Assembly: GCA_001567185.1 (NCBI GenBank)
Contig: LNFR01000066.1
Location: 2,138-66,137 of the forward strand
Direction: 5' to 3'
From: Bacteroidetes bacterium OLB12
GTDB lineage: Bacteria; Bacteroidota; Bacteroidia; Cytophagales; Cyclobacteriaceae
DNA length: 64,000 bases
Positions within the stretch are counted from its first letter, which is position 1; each line of letters starts with the position of its first letter. A model generated the notes under the pieces. It did not search any database. It had not been told where the DNA came from and worked only from the letters and a program-made list of their open reading frames with translations. Below, in pieces: positions 50,842-61,807 of this stretch. Made by a program: the position numbers and the translations under genes.

Positions 50842-51966
50842 TTATTTGAAAGTTACAACCAGGTTGGAGACAACACTTGGATTATAAGGGCTTAGCGCAC
50901 CCAACCGGCTAGCCAGAACATCCCAATCGGCACCGGGTGAGGTGCCTCCGGCTAAAAATCCAGTCTTGTTATCGAAGTAACCGGGGGCAGCGGTATTAAC
51001 CAGGTATGCATTTAGTAAATTTTGATCTATTTGTGGCCATATGTTGGTAATGGCAGTTGTAAGCACATTCTTGATAGAATTTTGTTTTAACAGTACATCA
51101 CGATCCGTTTCGTTCAAATTGCTTGGTGGAAGTCCAACTTCGGCAACACCAATATTTTTTACATCATTACCAGCGGCTACAAAAGCCCAGTTATACCCAA
51201 CATTACCTGAAAAGAGAAACGCATTAGGGTGGTTTGTATTGCCCATCACATCTACCACATCACCTTTCTTACCGACAAACATTTTAAGGGTATTAACCGA
51301 GAACAGATTTACAAGCGGGCTCTCTAAAGGCAACCCTGAAATACTTACCTCCATTTGCGCATCATAACCCGATGAACCACCTTCGGTATAATCAATACGG
51401 AAGGTAGCGTCTTTAGCATGGTTGTTTTCTAACCGGTTGCAGTTGTAAGGTTTTACAATGGCAATGCCTTTTACCTGCGCACGCTTGTTCCAGAAAATCT
51501 GAAGTGCCTTTCCGCCATCTTCCGCATTTTCAGAATCGGCATCGGTTAACGTTAATTGGTAATCCCATACCTGGCCTTCAAAGGTAGCATCGGCCAGTAC
51601 CACTAAATTTTTTGTTCGGTTATCCTCTTCGCTGGTGTAGGTAAGGGTTTGAATGCGATCAATTTTATACTTCCGGATACCTTCAATGATATCTTCTACC
51701 AACTGCGCAGCACCGTCACCCACAGCAATAAAGGTGTTAAGGTGCAGGTAAATGTCATTACCCCGTAGGGTATCTTCCTTAATTCTACCGGAAGCTCTGC
51801 CATTTGCAACACTGTTTGCATTGCTCAGGGAAGAAGGTATTGCCACGCTGAATTTATCGGGCAGCAGACTGGTTTCGGGCTCAACCATCTCGGTGTTTTC
51901 GCATGAGGTGAAAATCAGGGAGAAAGTTCCGAGTGCCAACAGAATGAAAATGACTTTTGTTTTCAT
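50842..51966 (-). CDS. Hypothetical lipoprotein in the TonB-receptor locus
   Basis: Lipobox FTSC followed by acidic ENTE. No family recognised. Start taken at ATG 51966. Confidence 0.75.
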   Translation of the reverse strand: MKTKVIFILLALGTFSLIFTSCENTEMVEPETSLLPDKFSVAIPSSLSNANSVANGRASGRIKEDTLRGNDIYLHLNTFIAVGDGAAQLVEDIIEGIRKYKIDRIQTLTYTSEEDNRTKNLVVLADATFEGQVWDYQLTLTDADSENAEDGGKALQIFWNKRAQVKGIAIVKPYNCNRLENNHAKDATFRIDYTEGGSSGYDAQMEVSISGLPLESPLVNLFSVNTLKMFVGKKGDVVDVMGNTNHPNAFLFSGNVGYNWAFVAAGNDVKNIGVAEVGLPPSNLNETDRDVLLKQNSIKNVLTTAITNIWPQIDQNLLNAYLVNTAAPGYFDNKTGFLAGGTSPGADWDVLASRLGALSPYNPSVVSNLVVTFK

Positions 51967-52037
51967 GGTTTGTGTTTTTGTTATTGTTTTTACGGGGTTT
52001 ATCCCCTTCATACACTAAAACCCCAAATCCGGCCGGC

Positions 52038-52045
52038 ACCCTTAT
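52038..52045 (-). promoter_or_regulatory. ATAAGGGT motif, putative ECF-sigma promoter element
   Basis: Identical 8-mer also lies upstream of fecR (56490-56497). Confidence 0.4.
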
Positions 52046-52064
52046 GGGGAAGAAAAAAAAAATT

Positions 52065-52850
52065 TTATTCCACTACGGTGGTATCCGAAATTACAGTAGA
52101 AACCGCGAAAAAGCCGGTTGCGCCTGTGGATAGATTGGTGGCCACATTGGCCCTGTCCACATCAAAAATGCCCCCACGCCACTCAGTTTCTGATAACATA
52201 GAGCGTAAGTAAGTTCGATAGGAAGCGCTTACCGAATATTTTCGCCTGATGATGGTTGAACCCGCGGGAAACAGAAATGACTTTTTGCCCGGTTTGTAAA
52301 TCTCATTCACATCAATACTTTTTAAATCGTAAAAAATTACACGACCCAGGCAGGGCATGCAGCCGCTGTTATCTTCTGAAGTAATGGTATGATCGATGTA
52401 GTTTGAAATAGTGCCGGTTTCATACAATACCAATTCAAATTGATTGTTCACCATTTTGTATTGAAGCGGTGTGAGTGGCTCTACCGGAACCGAACTATCT
52501 GTTGCGTAATATTCTTTTCCCTGTATCTGTATCTCCAGTTTATACTCTTCGCCAAACACAGCCCGAAACGGAGCACTTATATACTCGCCAGGCTGTAAGA
52601 TGTTTTCATAGAATGAATAGATGACCGCGTCATTTTCCACCACCTGCACCACCGCACCGGTGGCTGGTGTAGGGGCTCCATTCAGTTGTTGGTAAGGGAA
52701 GGAGAGGTTTATTTTTTGTGGCACCAGTTCGTTTGTAAGCACAGCTTCTACCACCAACAGGTTGGTGGGCCTTGTATTCAACGGATCGTTAAACCGCTCT
52801 TCGCAGGCAAGGAGTAAAAGCAGGATGAGAAAGTAGCGCCAGGGTTTCAT
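52065..52850 (-). CDS. DUF4249-family lipoprotein
   Basis: LLLACEE lipobox, LLVVEAVLTN, GEEYKLEI, ATNLSTGATGFF; lies directly after a TonB receptor. Confidence 0.8.
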   Translation of the reverse strand: MKPWRYFLILLLLLACEERFNDPLNTRPTNLLVVEAVLTNELVPQKINLSFPYQQLNGAPTPATGAVVQVVENDAVIYSFYENILQPGEYISAPFRAVFGEEYKLEIQIQGKEYYATDSSVPVEPLTPLQYKMVNNQFELVLYETGTISNYIDHTITSEDNSGCMPCLGRVIFYDLKSIDVNEIYKPGKKSFLFPAGSTIIRRKYSVSASYRTYLRSMLSETEWRGGIFDVDRANVATNLSTGATGFFAVSTVISDTTVVE

Positions 52851-55445
52851 TGCCATCTAAAATTATAAGATACAGAAGGGGTTGCCCGAAAGAGATAAAA
52901 CTGCGAGATGCTGTACTCGCGGTTTATCAGATCAGACGGTACTTTAAAGTTGTTTGCCGCTTGTGCTTCTTTATTAAAATTAATAAACAAAGGATTTTTC
53001 CGGCCATATAAGTTGAATATGGACAACGCAAGTTCATGTTGATACTTCCGCTCATTGTTGCGATTGAGTTTAAAAATTGCCGTAACATCAAGCCGGTGAT
53101 AGGTAGGCAGGCGTGCATTGTTTTTTTCACCGTACACAGGCACTTCAATTCCGTTGTATTGATAGAAACTAATGGGTGCACTGTAGGGTGCGCCCGATTG
53201 AAGGTTCCAGGAAGAACTTAATTTCCAGCGCTGATGGATATCGTACGACAATGAAAAAATTTACCTGGTGCGGCCGGTCAAATAAAGCGTTGTAACTCCG
53301 GCCTTGGTTAAGTTCTGAAAAGGTGCGCATGGCCCGCGAAAATGTATAGCCCGCTAATCCGCGCAGGCGCCCCAGGTCTTTTTTAACCAGCAACTCAACG
53401 CCATACGATTGTGCCGAGCCAAAGCGCAACTCACCTTCAAAAAAAGGATTCAATAAAGTTTCAGCATGTGTTTCAAAATCAATCTGATGTTGCATGTACT
53501 TGTAAAAAGTTTCGGCACCAAAGGCAATTCCTTTTAAAGGCAGCGAATGGTAATAGCCCAGGCTAAGCTGATCGGCAAGTTGTGGTTGGATATTGATGCT
53601 GCTGGGCAGCCATACTTCCAGCGAGGTGAAGGGGCTAACAGAATTTGAAATGAGATGCACATTTTGCACGTTGCGCGTGTATCCTAACTTAATACTTTGG
53701 TTATCGGTAACCAGGTATTGAAGCACAATACGAGGTTCAGCATTAAAAAAGCGTATGTAGGCCTGGCGGGCCGGAAATACGAGGGTATCGGTTACGGCAT
53801 GTTGCCTGTCAAATTTAAATTCAAAGGCTTCGCCCACATTTGTCCATGAAGTAAATCTTAATCCATAGTTAATTCCCCAGTGTTTATTCCACTGTACCGA
53901 ATGATTTCCGTATAGCACCCATTCAATGGATTGCCGCTTTGATACATTTGAACTCTGAACGTTGTTCGTGAAAAGATTTCCCGGATTGAAATTATAACCA
54001 TTCAGCCCAATCCCAAATGAAATTTCATTTTGAGGTTTAGCAAAGTAGCTGAAATCTGATTTAAGGTTGAGATTTGAGATGTGCGAATTCCACTTTTGGT
54101 TACGCGAAAGATCCGAATGCAAAAAGTAATCGTAGTTGCTGGCAGCGAGGGTTGTGTTAATGAATAGTTTTTCTGAGTGTTGGTTGGTCCACCTGAATGT
54201 GCCGGCAGTATTGCTCCATTGAATAGCATTGTTTGCAGCAAAATAGTTGTCGCCCCCGGTGTAGAAGGAAAAGTATGCGTGGTTGTTAGCGTTAATTCTG
54301 AAATTCACTTTTCCGGTCAGGTCTTGAAAGTTGAACGTACTGATGGCCGGATCAATTTTCTGAAAGAGCCATTTCAGCCGCGAAAATCTTCCGGAGAGTA
54401 AGAAAGAACTTGCATTTTTTTTGATCGGGCCTTCAATGCCCAGCTTGGTAGAGACTAATCCGGTATTTCCCCAAAGTTGAACAACCTGGTCGTTTCCTTT
54501 ACGCGTATGAATATCCAGTACAGAAGAGAGCCTGCCGCCAAACATTGCGGGCATGTTGCCTTTGTAAAGCGTAATGTCTGTTGTTGCATCGGGGATAATC
54601 GTTGAAAAGACGCCCAGCAAATGACTCGGGTTATAAATAGGCGAATCATCTATCAGAATCAGGTTTTGATCGCGATTGCCACCCCGCACATAGTAGAATG
54701 TAGATCCATCCGATTGCAGTTTAATGCCCGGCACGGTTTCAAGCGATTTGATTACATCCTGCTCGCCCAATAAGGCGGGCCGGGTTTCAACTGTTTCTGG
54801 TCGTAACGAAATCTGACTTACACTTGCTTCGGTTAACGATATAAGAGGAAGTGCGGTAACAACAATTTCTTTCAGAAAGGATAACTCTTCCTGTAAAGCA
54901 AAATCTTGCTGATGCGATTCAGACAGATCCAGTGATTGTTCTGTGGCCTTGTATCCCGTATAGGAAATCCGCACAGCATAATGCCCGCCTGGAATGGTTA
55001 ACGAAAAGTAGCCATACGAATTGGCGATAGCCCCGGTTTGCAGCTCAGGAAGATAAACCGTGGCTCCAATAAGAGCCTCTCCGCTTTTTAAATCTTTTAT
55101 ATAACCGCTTAGGGTTATGGTTTTAGGTTGCACGGGGGCAACTTGCGTGCGCGGGGTAATTACAATCTGATTTTCGAGCGGAACAAACTCGAGGCCGGCC
55201 GCTTCGGATAGCGCATTTAGTACAGCGGTTAACGTAGCATTGCTAACGCTAAAAGTAATTTTTCGGTTGGCGGCAATGCTGTTGGGGTTGTATGAAAAAC
55301 GAACCCCGCTTTGCGATTCAATTGCCGAAAGTATTTTGGTGATGGGTTTATGCTGAACCTGAATGGAGATCAGCTTACCTTCCTGCGCATAAATATCACC
55401 TGTCCATAAAATCAGTGCAAGTAAAAACAGCTTAACGGTCTTCAT
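52847..55445 (-). CDS. TonB-dependent receptor with N-terminal STN signalling domain; one extra base at 53254-53259
   Basis: MKTVKLF signal, STN-like domain, LSGYIKD..SGEALIGA, plug YYVRGGNRDQNLILID, barrel, terminal YNFRWQ. The corrected frame gives VNFSLSYDIHQRW. Confidence 0.9.
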
Positions 55446-55458
55446 TCGAAAAGCAGCA

Positions 55459-56453
55459 TCAACAACCCGCGCGGGTAATTTCAATTTTATTTTTTGAATG
55501 GTGTATTCCAGGTTTAGCGTTACCTTCAATACATTTAACACAGCGGTAAGATCTTGCTGGTCGAAACTTACCGTAACCAGGCAGGTATCGGGCACGGGCA
55601 CTGCTATTACAATATTTGATTGGTAAACCTTGTTAAGGGTTTCAACCACAGTTTGCAGGTTGGCTTCGGTAAAGGTAAGTCTGCGGGTTTTCCAGGCATT
55701 AAAGTTTACATCGGTGTTAATTTCGTTTTGCACGGTTTGTTGCTGCGGGTTATAAATTCCCCGATCGCCAGCCTGGAGCGTGACATGCGCTGTTTTATCC
55801 GGAGTACTTAACTTTACAGTGCCGGTAGCTACCACTACTTCTAATACCTCGCTTGCTTTGTACCCACGCACGTTAAACGAAGTGCCCAGCACTTCTACGG
55901 AGGCATCCTTTACAGAAATAGTAAAAGGCTTATTGGGATTATGAGCAACTTCAAAAAATGCTTCACCCTCTAACGAGATGTGGCGATCTGAATTGTTGAA
56001 AGAGGAACTATAGGTGAGTCTGGAGTTTTGATTTAGTGTAACAAGACTTCCATCCGGTAAAGTTACCTCCTGCGCCACCAGTCCGCTTTCTATAATAGAA
56101 AGCCCGGCATTGCTGAAATAGTTGTATAGAACAACTGAAGCAGCCACCACCATTACCGCAGCTGCTACGCGAAGCCAGGTGGTAGAGAATAATGTGCGTA
56201 CGTTGTTCGTTTTGGGTTTGTCAATTGACTTCAAAAATCGGTTCCACTCCGCGTCCAGATTAAGATCCGGAACTTGTTTGGTACGATAATACTGACTGGC
56301 GATTGAGAACGACTTTTGCAGTTTCTGATAGTGTTGGTTGTTTTCGGCCGTGGCGGCAATCCAGGTCCTGAGCTGTTGTTCTTCCTCAGCCGTGGTTTCG
56401 CCCGTCAGCGATCGCGTAATCAGGTTGTCAATATCGTTTTCTTCGTAGTTCAC
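55459..56453 (-). CDS. FecR-family anti-sigma factor (artefactually fused to the receptor in the ORF track)
   Basis: VTLPDGSLVTLNQNS, LEGEAFFEV, VLGTSFNV. Adding one base to the T6 run at 55490-55495 gives KNKIEITRAGC* with the stop at 55459-55461. Confidence 0.88.
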
Positions 56454-56489
56454 AATTTCTCTTGTATCATAACACAGTAACCTGCAAAT

Positions 56490-56497
56490 ACCCTTAT
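56490..56497 (-). promoter_or_regulatory. ATAAGGGT-N14-GTGTTAT putative ECF-sigma promoter for fecR
   Basis: Lies in the short sigma/fecR junction; shares its 8-mer with 52038-52045. Confidence 0.45.
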
Positions 56498-57018
56498 CAT
56501 CCCTGAAAAATAAATAACAAGATGGTTAGAAATTCACGCAGATGCTCCCTCAAAACATGCAAGGCTTTAGACATCTGGGCTTCTACCGTTTTTATTGAAA
56601 TTCCAAGTTTATCGGCTATTTCAGAATATTTTAACCCTTCCATTCGGTTCATTTCAAAAACCTCCCTGCATTTTTCGGGCAAGGATTGAATAGCTGCCTC
56701 TATCAATTGCTCCAGCTCGGCCGTTTCAGCAGTGGTATTGGTTTCTGAAAAGGCTTCTCCATGCACTTCCTCCAGTGAAACCATTTTCTTCTTATCACGC
56801 AAGTAGTTTAGGCTTCGGTTGCGCACCGCAGTAAATAAATAACTTCGGTGTTGCGTACCGGGCGGAAGCGTGTCGAATTTTTCCCAAACGGAAATAAAAA
56901 CCTCATGTACCAGATTTCGCGACTCTTCCCAATCGCCTGTGTACTTCATTGCAAACAGGCAGAGGGGCTTAAAAAGCTCGCGAAAAATAGTTTCATATAA
57001 GCGCAGGTCTTTAGCCAA
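56497..57018 (-). CDS. ECF RNA polymerase sigma-70 factor
   Basis: VHEVFISVWE, YLFTAVRNRSLN, SLPEKCREVF...IADKLGISIKTVEAQM. Confidence 0.95.
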   Translation of the reverse strand: MAKDLRLYETIFRELFKPLCLFAMKYTGDWEESRNLVHEVFISVWEKFDTLPPGTQHRSYLFTAVRNRSLNYLRDKKKMVSLEEVHGEAFSETNTTAETAELEQLIEAAIQSLPEKCREVFEMNRMEGLKYSEIADKLGISIKTVEAQMSKALHVLREHLREFLTILLFIFQG

Positions 57019-57108
57019 ACCGATCTGGAATTGCTTCTAAAGTATTAAAAAATTCAGCGAAAATTGAATCGGACAAATTAGCTTTGTTTGGAATAAACAA
57101 TTTTGGTC

Positions 57109-58368
57109 ATGAACAAGCGTGCTTTTCTCAAAAACGTTGGGTTGCTTTCGTTAAGTAGTTTGCCATTGTGGGATGTGCTGGCAAAAGCCAACGAACGTAC
57201 AGCCACGCTTTCTGCGGAAGCAGTAGCCGGTAATGAAGATTTCTGGGCTACTGTTCGGGGTGGTTATAAACTAAAGCCCGATTACATTAATCTTGAAAAC
57301 GGATACTACTGTTTTCAGCCGCAGGAAATTCTGGAGCACTACATCAATCACATTCGCGAAGTGAATTACCAGGCTTCGTATTATATGCGTACTGTGCAAT
57401 GGGAAAACAAACGGAAGGTAGCGGCTAAACTGGCTGCGCTTGCAGGATGCTCGCCCGAAGAGTTGATTATTACACGCAACACTACCGAATCGCTGGATAT
57501 GATTATTGGCGGTATTCGCTGGAAGGCAGGGGATGAAGCGGTTATGGCCGAACAGGATTATGGCTCGATGCTCAACCATTTTAAACTCATGGAGAAGAAG
57601 CATGGCATTGTAAATAAAATCGTTTCGGTGCCCAACCACCCTCAATCGGATGAGGAAATTGTAAAGCTTTATGAGAATGCCATTACACCTAAAACAAAAC
57701 TGCTGATGGTTTGCCATATGATTAACATTACAGGGCAAATTTTACCTGTAAGAAAAATCTGCGACATGGCGCATGCCAAAGGAGTGGAGGTAATGGTAGA
57801 TGGGGCGCATGCATTTGCTCACCTTAATTTTTCTATTCCTGATTTGGGTTGCGATTATTATGGCTCCAGTTTACACAAGTGGCTAAGTGTGCCTTTGGGG
57901 GCTGGTATTTTGTACGTAAAAAAGGGGAAGGCTGCTAATGTATGGCCGTTGTTGGCCTCGTCCTCGTCCGATCCAACGGATATTTACAGTTTAAATCAAA
58001 CCGGAACACACCCCGTGCATACCGATTTGGCCATTGGCAATGCGATTGATTTTTATTTAAAAATTGGCCGCGATCGCAAGGAAGAACGCCTGCGGTATTT
58101 ACAAACGTATTGGACCAGCAAGGTTCGAAACCTGCCACACATACGGGTAAATACACCCGAAGATCCTAAACGCCACGCAGGAATTGGCAACGTGGGTGTT
58201 GAGGGAATGAAACCACAGGATCTTGCCGATACACTTTTAAAGAAATACAAGATTTTTACCGTTGCGATTGACGGGGCCGGAGTGCACGGATGCCGCATTA
58301 CACCAAATGTTTACACTACCACCCAGGAGTTGGATACGTTTGTGGCAGCCCTCAAAGACCTTGGATAA
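57109..58368 (+). CDS. Aminotransferase class V (cysteine-desulfurase/isopenicillin-N-epimerase-like) with Tat-like leader
   Basis: NKRAFLK leader, VDGAHA, SSLHKWL (PLP Lys). TAGCTTTG promoter element at 57079-57086. Confidence 0.9.
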   Translation: MNKRAFLKNVGLLSLSSLPLWDVLAKANERTATLSAEAVAGNEDFWATVRGGYKLKPDYINLENGYYCFQPQEILEHYINHIREVNYQASYYMRTVQWENKRKVAAKLAALAGCSPEELIITRNTTESLDMIIGGIRWKAGDEAVMAEQDYGSMLNHFKLMEKKHGIVNKIVSVPNHPQSDEEIVKLYENAITPKTKLLMVCHMINITGQILPVRKICDMAHAKGVEVMVDGAHAFAHLNFSIPDLGCDYYGSSLHKWLSVPLGAGILYVKKGKAANVWPLLASSSSDPTDIYSLNQTGTHPVHTDLAIGNAIDFYLKIGRDRKEERLRYLQTYWTSKVRNLPHIRVNTPEDPKRHAGIGNVGVEGMKPQDLADTLLKKYKIFTVAIDGAGVHGCRITPNVYTTTQELDTFVAALKDLG

Positions 58369-58494
58369 CCGTTTTTTGGTCGAAAATGAGGCCTGGGATT
58401 ACCGGTAGATCAACAAATGGTTAATAATGCACTTACCTATTGAACCTCAGGGGATTCATTTGCGTTATTTGTACTAACAACAACCACTAATTGT

Positions 58495-58704
58495 ATGTTA
58501 CAATCACCTAAGCTGGCCATCCTGCAAAGCCTGGACGCTATGGACAAGGTGCAAATGGAAGAGGTGCTTATCTACATTAAGGGCCTTCTTAACAAGCCTG
58601 AAAAAGCTTCGGATTACAAAACCTTCAAGAAAGAAGCGATGAAGGAAATCAGGCAGGCATTGCGCCAGGAGAAAGGTCGCAAGAAATTGCGATTAGCAGT
58701 TTAA
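58495..58704 (+). CDS. Small hypothetical protein
   Basis: 69-aa helical ORF with ATG start in an intergenic position. No family recognised. Confidence 0.55.
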   Translation: MLQSPKLAILQSLDAMDKVQMEEVLIYIKGLLNKPEKASDYKTFKKEAMKEIRQALRQEKGRKKLRLAV

Positions 58705-58819
58705 AGCTCCTCCGGCTTTCTGCAACCCAGGTGGCTCTTACGCACCTGATAGGAAATTCTTCTCTCGAAAAATTATAGAGTTAGTTCCTTAAAGCTATCA
58801 AATTCGCGTATTTTAGTTT

Positions 58820-59713
58820 ATGCGAATACCAATAACATTTATCCTGCTCTTAGTAACTGAGTTTACCATTGCCTTTCCATGTCAGAAATACAAATTCGAT
58901 TTTGCAGAAAAGTGTACGAGTGGCAATCTCTTAATCTCATGGTCTTATAATAATGGATTCAACAGATGTAGTGACTTTTCCAAAGAAGATATTAGTAAAA
59001 AACAATTTGTTGTTAGGGTGGTTGACCTATCTGATAATGTCCTTAGAGTTGATACCATAACAGGAAACACGTACCATCTTGTTCTAGCGAAAGAGGAGCC
59101 TCGGCTTTTTTATGTAAGAGATATTGAAATGGCATACGATGAAATGGACATTTTTCTAGGTCAAACAAATTTTCCCCGTAAACCAATTTCAATGGATTCG
59201 ATTAACTACTTTTTACTGGGAGGCTATCTATATAATGCTAAATATGTTTTAGAGGAAAAAGAATTCCTGAATCAAGACACCATCAAATCTTTATACCAAG
59301 AGTTATTTCCGGAATTCTATCCGGGTCCTAAGGATTTTTTTAATCATTACTATGAACCGGTAACAAGAAAACTTTTACCAATGCCGTATGTTTCAAACTT
59401 ATCTGAATTTATGGCAGAAGTAAATTTGCTGGCCAAATTGAATAAAGTGAGCGGAAAATTTTTAGCGTATGCCAAAGTATCTGAGAATAATGAATTGATA
59501 GACTTTGAGGTTATTCCGAATGAGTACAAACCTCATTTTGAATCAGCTATTAGGAAACTGAAATTTGATAATAAGAATCAGTCTATGTCAAGTGTGCTCT
59601 TAATGTTCTCTGCCGAAAAAAAGAAATATATCCTGTCAAATGAGCGAGCTTTAATGAATCCATCCGATTCAAAATACAAAAAGAAATTTCGGTACTGGGG
59701 TGCGATCCATTAG
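58820..59713 (+). CDS. AT-rich hypothetical exported protein, possible TonB-C-like C-terminus
   Basis: Signal-like N-terminus. Hand counts give 20, 20 and 17 G+C per 60 nt on lines 59161, 59401 and 59521. Confidence 0.65.
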   Translation: MRIPITFILLLVTEFTIAFPCQKYKFDFAEKCTSGNLLISWSYNNGFNRCSDFSKEDISKKQFVVRVVDLSDNVLRVDTITGNTYHLVLAKEEPRLFYVRDIEMAYDEMDIFLGQTNFPRKPISMDSINYFLLGGYLYNAKYVLEEKEFLNQDTIKSLYQELFPEFYPGPKDFFNHYYEPVTRKLLPMPYVSNLSEFMAEVNLLAKLNKVSGKFLAYAKVSENNELIDFEVIPNEYKPHFESAIRKLKFDNKNQSMSSVLLMFSAEKKKYILSNERALMNPSDSKYKKKFRYWGAIH

Positions 59714-59765
59714 GAGTGGAATATTGCAACTCATTTTCCTTTTAGCGTCATTAATCTCAATTCTT

Positions 59766-60807
59766 TCAATTATACTTCACATAATTCTCCCACTTATCAA
59801 TTACTTCTACAAAATCGGAGGGGAGCTCTGAATCAAACTGCATAAACTGGTTGCTAACCGGGTGGATGAAGCCCAGCGTTTTGGCATGCAATGCCTGACG
59901 TGGAATAATTTTAAAGCAGTTTTCAACAAACTGTTTGTACTTCGAAAACACTGTGCCTTTTATTATATCATTTCCACCGTACATGGCATCGTTAAACAAC
60001 GGATGGCCCAGGTATTTCATATGTGCGCGAATCTGATGTGTACGGCCTGTTTCCAGTTTGCATTCAACCAACGAAACATACCGCAGGTCTTTCAATAGTT
60101 TAAAATGTGTAATGGCATGCCGGCCAAAATCGCCCTCGGGAAAAGCCACGGTTACACGCCTGTCTTTTAAACTTCGGCCTACGTGTACGTTAATGGTGCC
60201 TTGGGGCGGGTCGGGTATGCCCCACACAATGGCCTGGTACGTGCGTTCAATGCTGTGATCAAAAAACTGTTTAGCCAGCGAGTTCATGGCAATTTCACTT
60301 TTGGCAATCACCAATAACCCCGAAGTATCTTTATCAATACGATGTACCAATCCGGGCCGGCCTTCATTGCCTTTCATTTCGGGCAAATTTTGAAAGTGAT
60401 AGGTAAGCGCATTTACCAAGGTGCCGCTCCAGTTTTGATAAGCCGGATGCACTACCATGCCTGCGGCTTTATTTACTACTAATACATGTTCATCTTCAAA
60501 CACAATGTTGAGCGGAATGTTTTCCGGAACCACATCGGTATCGCGGGGAGGCTCGGGCAGCGAAACCGTAATTACATCATGCGGATGTATTTTGTAGTTG
60601 GGTTTGATGGTTTTTTCATTCACTTTCACAAAACCATTGTGAATGCCATCTTGTATTTTTAGTGCGGGTTACATTGGGGAGCCGATCCATCAAAAACTTA
60701 TCGATGCGAATAAGGCTTTGTTTGGCATCGGCCACAATGCGATGATGTTCAAACAAGCCGTCTTCATCATCCTCCAATAATTCTTCTGGGTGTGTCACAA
60801 CATTCAC
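59766..60807 (-). CDS. rluD: RluA-family 23S rRNA pseudouridine synthase with S4 domain (RluD); one extra base at 60656-60660
   Basis: RIDKFL...NVTRTKIQ (corrected), GLVHRIDKDTSGLL, TGRTHQIRAH. TACCTTTG element at 60818-60825 (minus strand). Confidence 0.88.
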
Positions 60808-60951
60808 ATCAATCAGGCAAAGGTAGCTTATTTATGATTGCCATCATTAGGCGGTAATCCCAACAACACGCATCCTTACTGAATAAGTAATTGAATGTTC
60901 AAGTAAGCAGATAAGTTTTGTAATTTGCGGCTTAATTTTTTAATAACGTAC

Positions 60952-61802
60952 ATGAAGAATAGCTGGTTCGTAGTGCTGATTGTGATCGCCTGTTCGGGCA
61001 ACAATATTTCTGGTCAATTTTCCCCTGGTTTAGAGCAGGGTGTGGTGGACTTAAAACTGGAGGAGGCATCGGGCCTGGTGGCGAGTGTAGCACACCCCGG
61101 GTATTTCTGGGCTCACAACGATAGTGGAAATAGTGCCGAATTATTTCTGATAGATTCCAACGCACAGATTGCGGCTACATTATTGTTGGCCAATGTACCC
61201 AATCGGGATTGGGAAGATATTACATTAGGGGCTGGCCCTGAAGCGGGCAAAAACTATCTTTATGTTGGCGACATAGGCGATAACAGGGCTCAATTCCCCT
61301 ATAAAATTATTTACCGGTTGGAAGAGCCTGCTCAAATTGAAAGTGGAGTTATAAATCAATTTGATACGTTGTATGTCCAGTTGTCGGATGGGGTACGCGA
61401 TTCAGAAACCCTGATGGTTGATCCGATTTCATCGGATATGTTTATTGTTTCAAAGCGCGAAGATTCAGTAAGGTTGTATCAGTTTGCTAACACCTGGAAA
61501 TCGGGCGATACCCTTACGGCAGAAATGAAAATTAAAATCCCCTATTTCAATACTGTGTCAGCCGATATATCGCTGATGGTAGTGAAGTATTGCTGAAAAA
61601 TTATGATCATATCTACTACTGGAAGCGCAAAGGGAGTGAGTCGATTGCTGATTTACTGAAACAAGTTCCATCGGAGCTTGCATACAAACCCGAAAAGCAA
61701 GGGGAGAGTATAGCCTGGAGCCGCGATGGTTCGGGGTATTATACGTTAAGCGAATCCGGTAAAGAAGAACGCGCAAGATTACTTTTTTATAAACGCAAAT
61801 GA
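60952..61802 (+). CDS. Lipoprotein, SdiA-regulated/phytase-like beta-propeller type; one base missing near 61573
   Basis: VIAC lipobox, EEASGL, WAHNDSG, DWEDI, YVGDIGDN, QGESIAW. The corrected frame gives DISADGSEVLLKNY. Confidence 0.7.
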
Positions 61803-61807
61803 AGAGG

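Noticed and set aside
53169-56453. 1094-aa FecR-TonB receptor fusion in the ORF track
   Set aside because: One added base in the T6 run at 55490-55495 restores a typical FecR end (...EITRAGC*), and the receptor has its own ATG and signal peptide at 55445. This is an artefact.
58703-58748. Small hairpins downstream of the 69-aa ORF (AAAGC/GCTTT and CAGGTG/CACCTG)
   Set aside because: The 5-6 bp stems lack a U-tract or recognisable RNA motif, too weak to call a terminator or ncRNA.
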